A stretch of DNA of 62,857 nt, counting the filler, from Basidiobolus meristosporus CBS 931.73 (Eukaryota > Fungi > Basidiobolomycota): NCBI GenBank assembly GCA_002104905.1. It is 3 parts of 3 records of this genome, joined end to end, with 100 filler letters (N's around TTAATTAATTAA, not from the genome) between each part and the next. Parts side by side here need not be neighbours in the genome. Positions count along the whole stretch, not along the records: positions 16,944 to 44,667 come from MCFE01000898.1; positions 44,768 to 62,857 come from MCFE01001074.1; 1 more part is not named here. One strand, given 5' to 3'. The translations under genes and the position numbers were made by a program. The notes beneath the pieces were generated by a model. The model was given only the letters and a program-made list of their open reading frames with translations. It searched no databases and had not been told where the DNA came from. Below, piece after piece: positions 38,282-50,000 of this stretch (position 1 is its first letter; every line of letters begins with the position of its first letter).

Positions 38282-38650
38282 TGTTATGATCTACCACTTG
38301 AATGCTTATGTTAGATCAGTATTTAGTCAGATTAATTAGCTTTACATTTAGCCTAGCAGTACATTAGTGTTATCTATCAAAGCAGTAGCATTAGTAAGCA
38401 AATGAATCAGCAGATCCTTATGAGACAGAAGTAGATATATTATGTAGGATCTTAGTGGGTAATGATGATGCAATCAAATGAGTCAACAGCCACAACCTAC
38501 TTTAGGAAATACAATTAGTTAGCAATTAATCTGGCTAAATGTATATAAGTAGCTTCTGGAACCTCAATAAAGATCTGTTCAGGTTTTAGTGAATACAATA
38601 CTAGCTAAACTCCCTATTCCTCTACAACTCTTATACCAAGACTTGTAACA
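38282..38650 (+). repeat. Family C LTR (369 bp) with no matching target duplication
   Basis: TGTTATGATC...CTTGTAACA is the inverted homologue of 43006-43373. Flanks are GCTTA and TCTGC. Confidence 0.92.
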
Positions 38651-39129
38651 TCTGCTCATCCTATTTCTGCACTATATCTGATTTCTCTGGGCCAAAGAAT
38701 ATAACATATTAGCCACTGCGCCTAATTGCTTCATTAGTGCTTTAACATGAGCTGACAGCATACTTCCTAATATGGGTTGTGGTGATGTTAGGATGGCCAC
38801 TTTGTGGTCTTCAACTGAAGGTACTGCATTTGCTACACTCTCATATACCTAGGCATAGTGGTCAGTTTGTAGCTCTGCAGAGGTTTGCAATTGCCTACTT
38901 GACTTAGAGCCTGAGGAGTCCGTATTATTACCTTCAGTGGGCACACTGTCAACATGGCTTTTTTTGGATTTAGCCCCTCTTGTTGCACTGAATGCCAAAG
39001 CAAGCTGTTGTCTGACTGTTGTTTTGCTGCTGTCAGTGGTATGGTTTGGTTGGGAACCACACAACTTTGCTTAATTTTTGGCAGCATATGTATGCAAGTG
39101 AGTCAAACCAAAAGGGAAAAAATGTTACA

Positions 39130-39542
39130 TATATGTGGGTATGTAGTGCCACAGCTCTGCTTAGAATGTTTACTATTGCAGGTCACCATTGATTCTTACA
39201 TTCATGAAGGTGTAGTGTCTCAAATACAAGACTATCTCAAACTTACATTAGTATTGACTAAAAAGTATTATAGAAGCATACCTTGTTGAAGGTCAAAATG
39301 TTTTCCCCATATGCAAGACTGCTTTGGTGCAAAGTTGTTGGTGAAGAGAAAGAAGACCATGTGGCTGTTGTAGCAAGCCTCTCAGCCATCAAGCACACAG
39401 ACAGTATAAGCAGTATTACATGGGTCACAGCCAGTGTCTTGCCACACAAGTCATATATGACTATTCATCAGTCACTACTCTACCAATACTATCTTGCTGG
39501 CCAGTTAATACTTTTATATTGGCACCTGGCTGTTGTTGTAAC
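39130..39542 (+). pseudogene. 5' part of a Tnp2/CACTA-like element, cut by the B2 insertion
   Basis: Inverted homologue of 62445-62857. Encodes PCGCCSKPLSHQAHRQY. Confidence 0.8.
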
Positions 39543-42500
39543 TGTTGCAATTTAAGAAGTGATTTGGATATAAGGAACCTATCAAGAAATAGTGATAATA
39601 GTTGAACTGTTGTTTATTCATAAAGAAGCTCAGTATTTATACCTTTGTAGAAGTAATACAGCTGCAACACTAAGTAGGGAGGGTTTCTCAATATTCAGGA
39701 GCATTCTGTAACAGTTTCAGGGTTAGTACATAATGTTTGGTAATAGTGCTAATTTGATCCTGACTATAGGGGAATAATCATAAGATCATATATCTGGAGA
39801 AAGTGGCAAAGTCAAGGCAGTAAGTGAGTCCTACAGTGACTAAGACTAGCCTAGAATTGTTAAGTAAATTTTTAGCTGCTGAATGATACCAAATAGTCCA
39901 ATATTTCAACACTCCCCCTCAACTAAATAATTTCTTAATCCCAATTTCTCTCTAAGGATCTCAAACTGTGGCCTAGCTAGTGGTTTTGTCAATATGTCTG
40001 CCACCATTTTGTCAGTTGGGCAGTAAACCAGCTCTACTAAGTTATTTTCTACAGCTTCCCTCACAAAGTGATGCTGTATATCAATGTGCTTAGTTCTGGC
40101 ATGATTAGTAGGATTTCTAGCTAATGAAATACAACTTTGATTATCCTTGTAAATACATGTTGGTTCACCTGAATTAAAACCTAAGTCTTTGAATAATTTT
40201 TGTAGCCATATAGCCTCCTTAGTTGCTTGACATGCAGCCATATATTTGGCTTCAGTTGTAGATGGTGCCACAGTTGGTTGTTTCTTGCAATTCCAAGTAA
40301 TAGCTGCACCAGCATAAAGAAATACATAGCCTGTGGTAGAGCGTCTGTCAATCAAATCCCTACCCCAATCTGAATCACTATAACCATCATATTTTTGCCT
40401 ATTAGCTGCTCCAGAGAATTCCAGTACCATATTTATGATACCTTGTAGATATCTGAAAATTGGCTTAACTGCTGCAATTTGATCTGATCCATAATTCTGC
40501 ATGAATTGACTGACTATTCCAACTGCTACTGCAATATCTAGACGTGAAGACACCATCAAGTACATTAGGCTACCAACCATTGATTGATAGGGAAAGTTTT
40601 GGTCCATATTTGAGCTGTTTTCATCTATAACTGGCTGAGATTTGCTTAATTTCAGGTTATTGTCCATAGGGGTTGCTGCAGGTTTGCAATTTTCCATTTT
40701 GAAGCGTCTAAGAATGTCCCTGATGTACTTAGACTGATTCAGCACAATTTTCTGCGTAGGTATGTCAAATTTGACCTCAATTCCAAGAAAATAGCTCAAT
40801 TTTCCAAGATCTTTCATCTCAAACTTGCTGAAGAGATCTGATTTCGTCTGTTTAAGTGCCTCTTGATCACTTGTAGCTATAATTAGGTCGTCCACATAAA
40901 GAACTAGGATGATCACACCCTTTTTGAGCTGTTTCACATATATACTGTGATCTGCAGTGCTACGAGAGAACCCAATTTCCTCTAGATATGTGTCAATCTT
41001 GTTATACCATGCTCTGGGTGCCTGCTTAAGCCCATACAACTATTTTCTAAGTTTGCACACCTTATGGGGCTTTTTGGATCGGTAAAACCTTCTGGTTGCT
41101 CCATATATATAGATTCTTGCAAATCCCCATTTAGAAAGGCTGTTTCAACGTCCATTTGGTGTAGATCTAGACTGTGTACAGCTGCCAGGGCTAGAACTGT
41201 CCTAATAGAGCTAAACTTGGCAACCAGAGCAAATGTTTCCTTAAAGTCTAGTCCCTGGATCTGAGAATAGCCTTTAGCTACCAATCTAGCCTTGTACTTA
41301 TCAACGGCACCATTTGAGGTTATCTTGATCTTGTAGACCCATCTACATCCTATTGGCTTTCTCCCATTTGGTAAATCTACCAGTTCCCACGTTTTTGCCT
41401 TGATCAGTGATTGGTACTCCTCCTGCATGGCTTGTTGCCACTTAGTAGCATCTGGACCTTGCATTGCCTGTTCCAGATTCTGAGGTTTGGCACATAAGGC
41501 AAGATAAGCTTCTTCATGATCATTGGATGTCTGCCACCAGGATCCAGGGGCATTTCTTATTCTGGTAGATCTCCTAACTGGGATAATCTGTTCTGATCTG
41601 GAACTGGTAGAAGTATCTTCCATCTCTGGCTGGATTTGGTATGCATCTTCTTCATTTGTGTTGATTGCATCATCAGGCAGCTGGCCAATGATTTCTGTGG
41701 CTTTCTGATCTGAATTCTCCTCAAATACAATGTTCCTGCTCTTGATCAGCTTCTGAATTTTGCCATCATACACCCTATACCCTTTAGTATCTTCACAATA
41801 CCCAAGAAAGATCCCTTTTCTACTCTTTGGTTCCAACTTTGAGCGTTTTTTGTCAGGGATGTGATAAAAAACATCACTGCCAAAGATCCTGAGGTGCTGG
41901 AGATCTGGTTTTTTGCCTGTATATGCTTCAAAGGGTGTAGAATTGCGTAGTGCTGTTGTTGGGCATCTGTTCTTGATGTATGCAGTGGTAGCAACAGATT
42001 CAGCCAAAAACCTGTAGTCCATTCCCTTATCATGTAGCATAGATCTTCCCATCTCTACTATTGTTCTATTTGCACATTCTGCTACTCCATTGTGCTGTGG
42101 AGTATGAGGAACTGTGGTCTGTTGAAGTATACCAGTAGACAAGCAGTATTTTGCAAACTCCTTTGAGCAGTATTCTCCTCCATTGTCACTTTGTATTACC
42201 TTTAATTTACACCCAGTTTGTGTTTCTGCCATGTTCTTGAAGTGCTTAAACATCTCTGAAGCTTCATCCTTTGTTTTGAGGAAGTACACCCATGTATATC
42301 TTGTCTTGTCATCAATAAACGTCATAAAGTATCTCTTGGCTCCAAAGGACAGTGTTCTCATGGGGCCACATATGTCTGAGTGTACAATAGCCAGTATTTT
42401 GGTGGTATTGATGCCTTCTGAGCTCTTGAAACGTTGCCTAGCTTGTTTGCCATATGAACATCCCTTACAAACATTCAATTTGATTGGAATTGAGTATTTT

Positions 42501-43005
42501 AGGCCCAAAACAAGCTGATTTTTCACCAATTGGCTCATTTTCTGTTCCCCTATGTGTCCTAGCCTCCTATGCCACATCTCCCAGTTGGTGTCATCAGTTT
42601 CAGCAATGTTGACATACTCCAGTACAATGATCTTGCATTGTAACTTGTATATAGTGTGATCTCTGATTCCCAAAGCTAATTTTTGTCCATTCTCACTCAA
42701 TATTGAGCAGCTCAGCTTAGTAAAAACAAATTTCAGTCCCTGAGTAGTTGCTTTACTGACTGAGAGTAGGTTCTTAGCTATTCAAGGTACATAGAGTACA
42801 TCAGTCAGTTTTGCTGTTGTTGCCCCTGAGTTATCACTCATATTTAGTTGTATAGACCCACTGGCGGTAGCTTCCAATGCAGAGTTATCTCCGAGATAAA
42901 CCTTTCTTACAGGAATAGTATTTAAGTTGCTGAACCAATCCTTTATACCACAAATATGCTGTGATGCTCCAGAGTCAATATACCATTCATTACTTTGGTT
43001 ACTTG
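39543..43005 (-). mobile_element. Ty1/copia B2, youngest B copy: 3' LTR 39543-39911, PPT, RH-RT-INT-PR, cut at 43005 by gypsy C1
   Basis: 369-bp TG...CA LTR, PPT GAGGGGGAG at 39912-39920, long frames of 572 and 377 aa. Confidence 0.96.
39906..42700 (-). pseudogene. pol: B2 pol, split by one frameshift and a stop near 41040-41075
   Basis: MWHRRLGHIG, HSDICGPM, IQSDNGGEY, QHNGVAE, YKARLVAKGY, LYVDDL, GYSDSDWG, TKHIDIQHHFVRE. Confidence 0.95.
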
Positions 43006-44667
43006 TGTTACAAGTCTTGGTATAAGAGTTGTAGAGGAATAGGGAGTTTAGCTAGTATTGTATTCACTAAAACTTGAACTGATTTTTATTGAGGTTCCAG
43101 CAGCTCCTTATATACATTTTGCCAGATCAATTGCTGACTAATTGTATTTCCTAATGTAGGTTGTGGCTGATGACTCATTTGATTGCATCATCATCACCCA
43201 ATAAGATCCTACTTAATATATCTATTTCTGTCTGATAAGGATCTGCTGATTCATTTGCTGACTAATGCTACTGATTTCATAGATAATACTGATGTACTGA
43301 TAACCTAAACATATACTAACTGATTTGACTAAAAACTGATCTAACTTAAACATTCAAGCGGCAGATCATAACATTCTCCCCTACTAAAGTTGAGAGGGTT
43401 CTCCTGAATCTCTTTTCTTGTGATACCAATATCTTGATGGTTCAGTATTATCAGCAAGTCTTGCAAGCTTGAGTCTGTCCCTATGCACTAAGTCTTCCCG
43501 GATATTGCCTTGTTTGTCCACCAGTTGGTAAGTTGCAAATGGACATTCTCTGATGATCTTGAATGGTCCTGTCCATTGTGGCTCAAACTTCTTCCGAGTG
43601 TTGTTTCTTAGCAATACAAAGTTCCCAACTGTCAATGCTTCTGGTGCTATAGTCTTATCAAATCTCTGCTTCATCTTTTCTGCACTTTGAGATACTTTGG
43701 TCTGTGCCTCTTGACGTCTTTGTTCCAGTTGCTGGTGTCTACTTGGCTGACTGAGTTCATCTTCTAAGGTGTCTGTAAGCTTTGGTTGTGTGAGATCTCC
43801 TGGAATCCTTGGTTCACATCCATAAACTAAGTAAAATGGTGATTGCTGGGTGGTGTTGTGTACTCTGACTCTGCATGCAAAGAGTGCTTGGTCTATATAC
43901 TCATCCCATCTACTGACAACTCCATTTGCATACTTGGTCAGCATTTTTCCAAATAATCCATTAAACCGCTCAGTGACTCCATTAGTTCTGGGGTGATATG
44001 CCGAGGTTTTCAAGTGTCTGATCTGCTGCATTTCCAGGTAAGCCTCTAATGTCTTTGCCATAAAGTTTGCACCTCTATCGGATAAGATCTCCACAGGGCA
44101 TCCAAACTTCATCAGGATCTCATGGTAAATGAAACTTGCAACTTCTTGTTCACTGGCTATTGGTACAGCTTTAGCAACTGGCCATTTAGTGGCATGGTCA
44201 ATTGCTACTAGGATCCAACGGTTGCATTTCCTGGTAGTTGGCAGTCTTCCAATAAAGTCAATTCCCCATCTCTCAAATGGTCTTACAGGCTCCAAAGGGA
44301 AGAGTTCGGCAATTCTTTGTGGCTGGCCTTGATTGATTTGGCAGTTTGGGCATGTTTTTACTAGCTTCTCAATGTCTTGTTTCATTCTGGGCCACCATGC
44401 TCTGGCTTTTACAAGGCTATAGGTTCCTTCAATCCCAAGATGTCCATATCCATTGTGTAGCTTATGTATTAAATCCAGGCGAGCAACATAAGGACAATAG
44501 GCAATAGGGCTTCCATCAACAATTCGGTAGAGTGTTTCATTCTGTACAACAAATTTGCTGGCCTCATCACGGATTATCTTCTTGATATCTTCATCCACCT
44601 CATTAGGAATGGCTTGGTCCTCCAAGTACTTTGGTAATAGGCTAGGCCAATCTGATTCATGCACCAA
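43006..44667 (-). mobile_element. Ty3/gypsy C1: 3' LTR 43006-43373, PPT and integrase; remainder lost in the gap
   Basis: 368-bp TG...CA LTR, PPT AGTAGGGGAGAA, uninterrupted 427-aa frame. Confidence 0.95.
43384..44667 (-). CDS. pol: Gypsy integrase (HHCC, DDE core, GPF module), open up to the gap
   Basis: H..YGHLG...CPNCQ, WGIDFIG, SDRG, YHPRTNGVTERFN, WTGPFKI. No chromodomain seen before the stop. Confidence 0.9.
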   Translation of the reverse strand: MVHESDWPSLLPKYLEDQAIPNEVDEDIKKIIRDEASKFVVQNETLYRIVDGSPIAYCPYVARLDLIHKLHNGYGHLGIEGTYSLVKARAWWPRMKQDIEKLVKTCPNCQINQGQPQRIAELFPLEPVRPFERWGIDFIGRLPTTRKCNRWILVAIDHATKWPVAKAVPIASEQEVASFIYHEILMKFGCPVEILSDRGANFMAKTLEAYLEMQQIRHLKTSAYHPRTNGVTERFNGLFGKMLTKYANGVVSRWDEYIDQALFACRVRVHNTTQQSPFYLVYGCEPRIPGDLTQPKLTDTLEDELSQPSRHQQLEQRRQEAQTKVSQSAEKMKQRFDKTIAPEALTVGNFVLLRNNTRKKFEPQWTGPFKIIRECPFATYQLVDKQGNIREDLVHRDRLKLARLADNTEPSRYWYHKKRDSGEPSQL

Positions 44668-44767
44668 NNNNNNNNNNNNNNNNNNNNNNNNNNNNNNNNN
44701 NNNNNNNNNNNTTAATTAATTAANNNNNNNNNNNNNNNNNNNNNNNNNNNNNNNNNNNNNNNNNNNN
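44668..44767. other. Assembly gap: 44 N + TTAATTAATTAA + 44 N
   Basis: Same artificial structure as 16844-16943. Confidence 0.97.
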
Positions 44768-47000
44768 GCACATGTGAGGTAATGACTACTACAATCAAAA
44801 CTAAAAACATACAAGGGAAAAGAGAGAGAAAGCTCTTGAGTGGTTTGATAAGTTTGAGAGAGTTGCAGTTGATGCAGGATGGGATGACAATAAGAAGGTA
44901 AGGGAGTTTGCAAGACACATGGAAGGGTCAGCATGGCAATAGCATTATGGGTTGGAAGACGCAGTTAAAGAAAAATGGAAGGACTAAAAGAAGCCTACAA
45001 GACATGCTTTCTATATGCCAAAGGACACCATTACAAAGCCCTTCTACTGTCCTCACAGAAGAAAAGCAGTGAGAGCTATGAAGCCTACACTGAACTGTTT
45101 CTCTGACAAGTTTGATGTCTCCCAAAGGATGAAATTGCTGAATAACAACTCATGAGGTATTACATCATGGGCTTAGGCAACAAAATAAGATGTAGGGCAT
45201 CCAAAGAACAACAGGGATGTAAATGTTTCAAGAGTTGGTCAAACAAGTACAAGGGGTCATCTTGCTATGGGGGCTACCCTATAGTGATACAAATGATTGA
45301 AGGAAGGGGATCCCCTGTAAGAAAGGAAAAATTGCATCCCCAAAAGACCGTGAGTTAGAGGAATTAGGGCAAAAGGTCCAAGAACTCTTCATCAATAATG
45401 TCCAAGAAATCCACAAAGAAAGTAACAAACTCTGGGAAGCTGTTGTAGATCTAAAGTCCCAGGTACAAGCCCTGACCAAACAGATGGAACAACCTCAACA
45501 ATAGTGCCTGTGTTATGTATGTTGAGAACTAGGCCACCAAGCCCACAAATGTGAAAAACAGTACAGACAAGAACCCATACTAGACGCAAAAGAGAAGAAG
45601 CCATCAAAAGACAGAGTCCCGTGCCAGGAGGTCAATGGGACTTGGTCAATATAAGCCCTCTGGTCAGAACAGTCAAATTACAGAAGAAGAAGTGTCAATA
45701 TGATACTTCTAGAGAGGAGGCAAAGGAACCTGTATCAGAGGTTCTGTCAAAAGGAAAGAATGCCAAATTAGGTGAAGAGGTACAGAATGAGCCTTGGGAA
45801 GAAGTGTTGAAGCAAACAAAGAATGCTAATACATCTTCCCACAGCCTATTCCCCATAATGAAGGTACTAGAGCAAACCAAGGCAACCCTCCCAATAACCA
45901 ATTTACTGGGACTGGCCCCAGCTCTGGTCAAGGAACTGATAGAGGGATTGAAGGAGATAACAACCCTCCATGTCAACCAGATGGTCCTGCAAAAACCAAT
46001 CAAAGGTACATATATAAAGGTACATCTAGAGAATAAGGAGATTCTTGCCCTTATCAACACAGGATCCTCTACATTGATCATGTCAGAATCATTGGCAAAA
46101 CATCTAAAGTTAGATATAGTCCCCAACAACACCATTTGGGTACGGCTAGCAAATGTCTAACTGGACACAACAGTAGGAGTGGTGCCTAATTGCCCCATCT
46201 GGCTAGGCAACTTGATGATACACCAAGATGTTGTGGTTCTACCTGTTGCAGCCAACAACTTACTCCTTGGTGAGAGTTGGTTTATCCAACTTAAGATGGA
46301 TACACTTTACAGGGCATCTGAGCCTAGGAGGGATAACAAGAGTATCCCACTGATTCATATCACCAATGAGAGCAAGGCGTGTAGCAACAGTGTGACAATC
46401 AAAGAGGTGAAACTGTTGCAGTCTTCAATCATCACACAAAAGGTGATAAAAATACCACCTGCCAGTGAGACAGTGATCTCATTAGAGACACCAATAGCTT
46501 ATTCAACAAGCAGAAGAATGATAACTGCAGCAAAGGCATTCAAGCAACTGGAAGGAATCTTGATCCCTAAAGTATGGATACCACCAAAATTTGATATGCA
46601 AAGTCTGAAGTGCTTTGTAGTTACCAATGGGCAACACACAAGGACATTGCCTAGAGGAGTGCCATTGTTAAGCCTAGTGGAAGTCAACAGAAACAACCAA
46701 GGGCCACCTACAAAGAAGGAACCAGAAGAAGAACTTGCCAAACTAGATGTGGACCCTGGTCTACCGCCTGTGTTACAAGACAGGTTCCTAGAAGGAATAC
46801 TCCCACTTGCCCAAGTATTCTCTAAGAACCAAGTAATTGGTCATATACCTGGGGTATATCACCAAATCCACCTTGCCAACAAATACCCCATCAAGCAAAA
46901 AGCCTATAGGAACTCAAAATTGACACAGACTATTTCAAAGAGACAATTGAAACTTTATTAAAAGACAACATCCGTTCAGAGAGCCAGTCTCTGTGAGCGT
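44768..47000 (+). mobile_element. Ty3/gypsy E, 5' part (gag, CCHC, protease, start of RT)
   Basis: WFDKFERVAVDAGWDDNKK, CYVC*ELGHQAHKC, LINTGSS, HQIHL...PIKQKAYR. Confidence 0.88.
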
Positions 47001-50000
47001 TGTAGTGGGGTGACAGTGACACCTGCTGACAGATGTGCTCATTCCCATACTTTCTACTTCCCTATATCTCTACTACACTTATTTTAGTTTTATCCCATTT
47101 GTCTTACCCAATCAGTACTATCCCATAAGCCGGTTGACTATCACACCTGCTTACCTTATTGCATAAGTTACCCCTCACTTTATGTAAGATTACTAGCTAT
47201 AAGTGCTTCTATATTAGGCAAGTACCTGCACCAGCACCCGTGACACATGATCAACCCATGTCACCATCCCTACCATTTCCATATCATATATGGCATCCCT
47301 ATGTTACACAGGTTTCAGAATACTGATTCTGGATTGGTTGGATGTGCTGTGCCTCTTGGAACCTTTTGGCACCTACCTAGATCATTCTTAGGTCATTCTG
47401 ATGTCATTAAGATTTCTACTGATATCCGGAACCTTTTAGAACGCCATGAATAGTAATCACTTAGCCAGTAAGAAAAGTATATAAGGGAGGCTATCCCTCA
47501 ATAATAAATAATTATCCCTTTTATCAATATACCAACTTGTTGATTAGTGTGATCAATGCTACCTGCTGCTACCTGAACTTCCAACCCCAGACCACAGGTC
47601 ACTCCCAGGAAACCATGCTGACAGCCAACTGACCTTGGAGGCACTACTTGTGAGGAATACTCAGAGTAGGTATCTTTTATTATATTTGATTCATTCCCAA
47701 GCTTGCTCTTGTACAGGCAAAGATACTTTTGTGTCTTTGTAACTATTGACCACAGCTGCATTCTTATCAAGTCCCTGCTGGTGGAGTTTACAGTTGTTTT
47801 GACTTTGGAAGCTTTAGTACATTGTCATCTCAAAGGACATTGAACCCAGCACATACTTTTGTTAAGACACCAACTAAGTTGGGGATTGTAGCTCAATAGT
47901 TTTCCCTTGACAAGCTTGTGGCTCTATTTCCCTTCACATCAGATTAGAGACAGAACCCAAGTATTCCTAGCAAGCTTTTGCCAGAGGTTATTGCACCCAG
48001 TGAGCACCCCACACACAAAACACTTGAGAAGTGCTGGATGTATCTCTCCCTTGGACCTATACACCACCATAGATTTGGCACCCAATGTGGGGGGTTCATA
48101 CAAGCTCCCTAGGACCCAACAAGATTTACATGAAGATTTGAGCTGTTATCCACCTATTGAATAGAGACTACCAACATTATTAAGATTACAACACCAACCT
48201 ACATGCCCAAAATGAACTCCATGCCATTACCACTCTCACATGGAGCCCCACATTTTGATGGAAAGAATGTGGAAAGCTTCATATTCAAATGGGAGAAGCT
48301 CTGCAAGATGTGCAGCCTATCTCAGCAAGAGATGGCTGAAGACTTCCCCTACTACTGCACCAATGATATTACCACTAAGCTTCTCAGACAAGGAGACATT
48401 CTCACTGACTGGGCCTTAGTGAAGACCTACCTACAGACCAAGTATGGTAGACTCCAGATATACTATGGAATTGAAGACCCCAGACACTTTGGAAGAACTG
48501 GACTTTCCAAGCTACCACTTGAAGAGTTCATTCAACAATATGAAGATATGACCAAGCCACTTGTAGAGTCCCAGGCTATAACTGAGTTTACCATGTCACT
48601 TTACCTTGCACAAGGGCTTCCCCAGGACTTGGCAAGGAAAGTTGACTTACATGCAGCCAAGGATGACAAGTCTGGCATTCCTTGCTTTGCAAAGATGAAA
48701 CATGTTCTCCTAGAGGCAAAGCAAACTTCTACCTTTATGAGACTCCTGATATCTAATCTGCCAGACCAGTCAACCAAGGAGCCAAGGAGTGCTGCTGCTG
48801 ACAATCAGACCTACACTACCAACAGAATTGACCAACTTGCTGAACAGCTACAAAACCTAGCCCTGAAGATTAATGGCTCCGCTGTGGTTGCTACTGAGGG
48901 CCAAAGACCTTTGCCCAGGCACTGCATCTGGTATGACTCTACTCAGCATGCCAGACAAGAATGCTCAGAGCTTAGTCAGCTACTCAGAGAAGGAGCAGTA
49001 CAGTTTGATGCTGATGAAGTGCCTGCAGACAAGGAAGGAAGAAGGATTCCCACTAATTTCCAAAGAGGAGGGATGAGAGCCCTTTTCCAGAAATCTGACT
49101 CAGCAACCAGAACAATTACTGCTGATGCCCCTATTGGGACTTGTAAAGTGAATCCAAGCAGCCCTGACAATAGACAATACAAAGTTGATGCCTTTGCTAC
49201 CAAAAGACACCTCCCTGAAGAACCTGCCAAACCCATCCTTAGAAGACCACAACTTGAAGAACCTGAAGTAGTTATTGACAAGACGCCTGGTATACTGCCC
49301 ACCTAAGATCCATTGCCTCACTTTCAGATGACCTCAAAGATAGCAAGCTTCTCAAGCCCTCAACTGATTACTGAGAAGCTGCTGAAGCAGAACCTCACTT
49401 TGTTGGTTGGAGAAATCATGAGTGTATCCCCATCTGTTGGGAAGACCTTTGATGAGCAGCTTAGAACAAGACAACAAGCTGTTGAACATATGGACACCCA
49501 TATAATTCAGACAAACCATGAAGACCACCAAAAGGATGACAACACTACTGAATATAAGACCTTTTACTCAGTTGCAACTGCTGTGGTGAAAGGGTATATA
49601 TATGATGACCCTGTTGACTGCCATATTGACAGTGGCTCAGAGATTTGTGCTATGCCACTAGACTTCTGGAAGACACTTAGAAGCAAGGAGCTACTGCCTG
49701 TTGATAGAGATATTGGATGGAACATCACTGATGCAAACTCAGGACTTAGTCCACTCTACGGTGTATTGCACAAGTTCCCTATTGAGGTACAAGGAATCAA
49801 GGTCTGGCTTCCCCTCTTCATCTGCCAGAAGGCAAACTTTGACCTTCTGCTACGTAGACCATGGGAAACCAGTACTAAGGCTACAACTACCAGCTATTCC
49901 AATGGGTCAGTATGATACACCATAAAAGGATCCAACCCAGGACTACAGTCAACATTCTGTGGTGTAACACCCAACAATAAGAGGACACATACTGCATGCC

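Noticed and set aside
43384-43500. Chromodomain at the end of the family C integrase
   Set aside because: The frame stops shortly after the GPF module and is followed directly by the PPT.
45695-49302. Antisense ORFs such as 45695-46135 and 48976-49302, and most 60-140 aa ORFs in the track
   Set aside because: They are shadows of transposon frames or chance ORFs, with no independent motifs.
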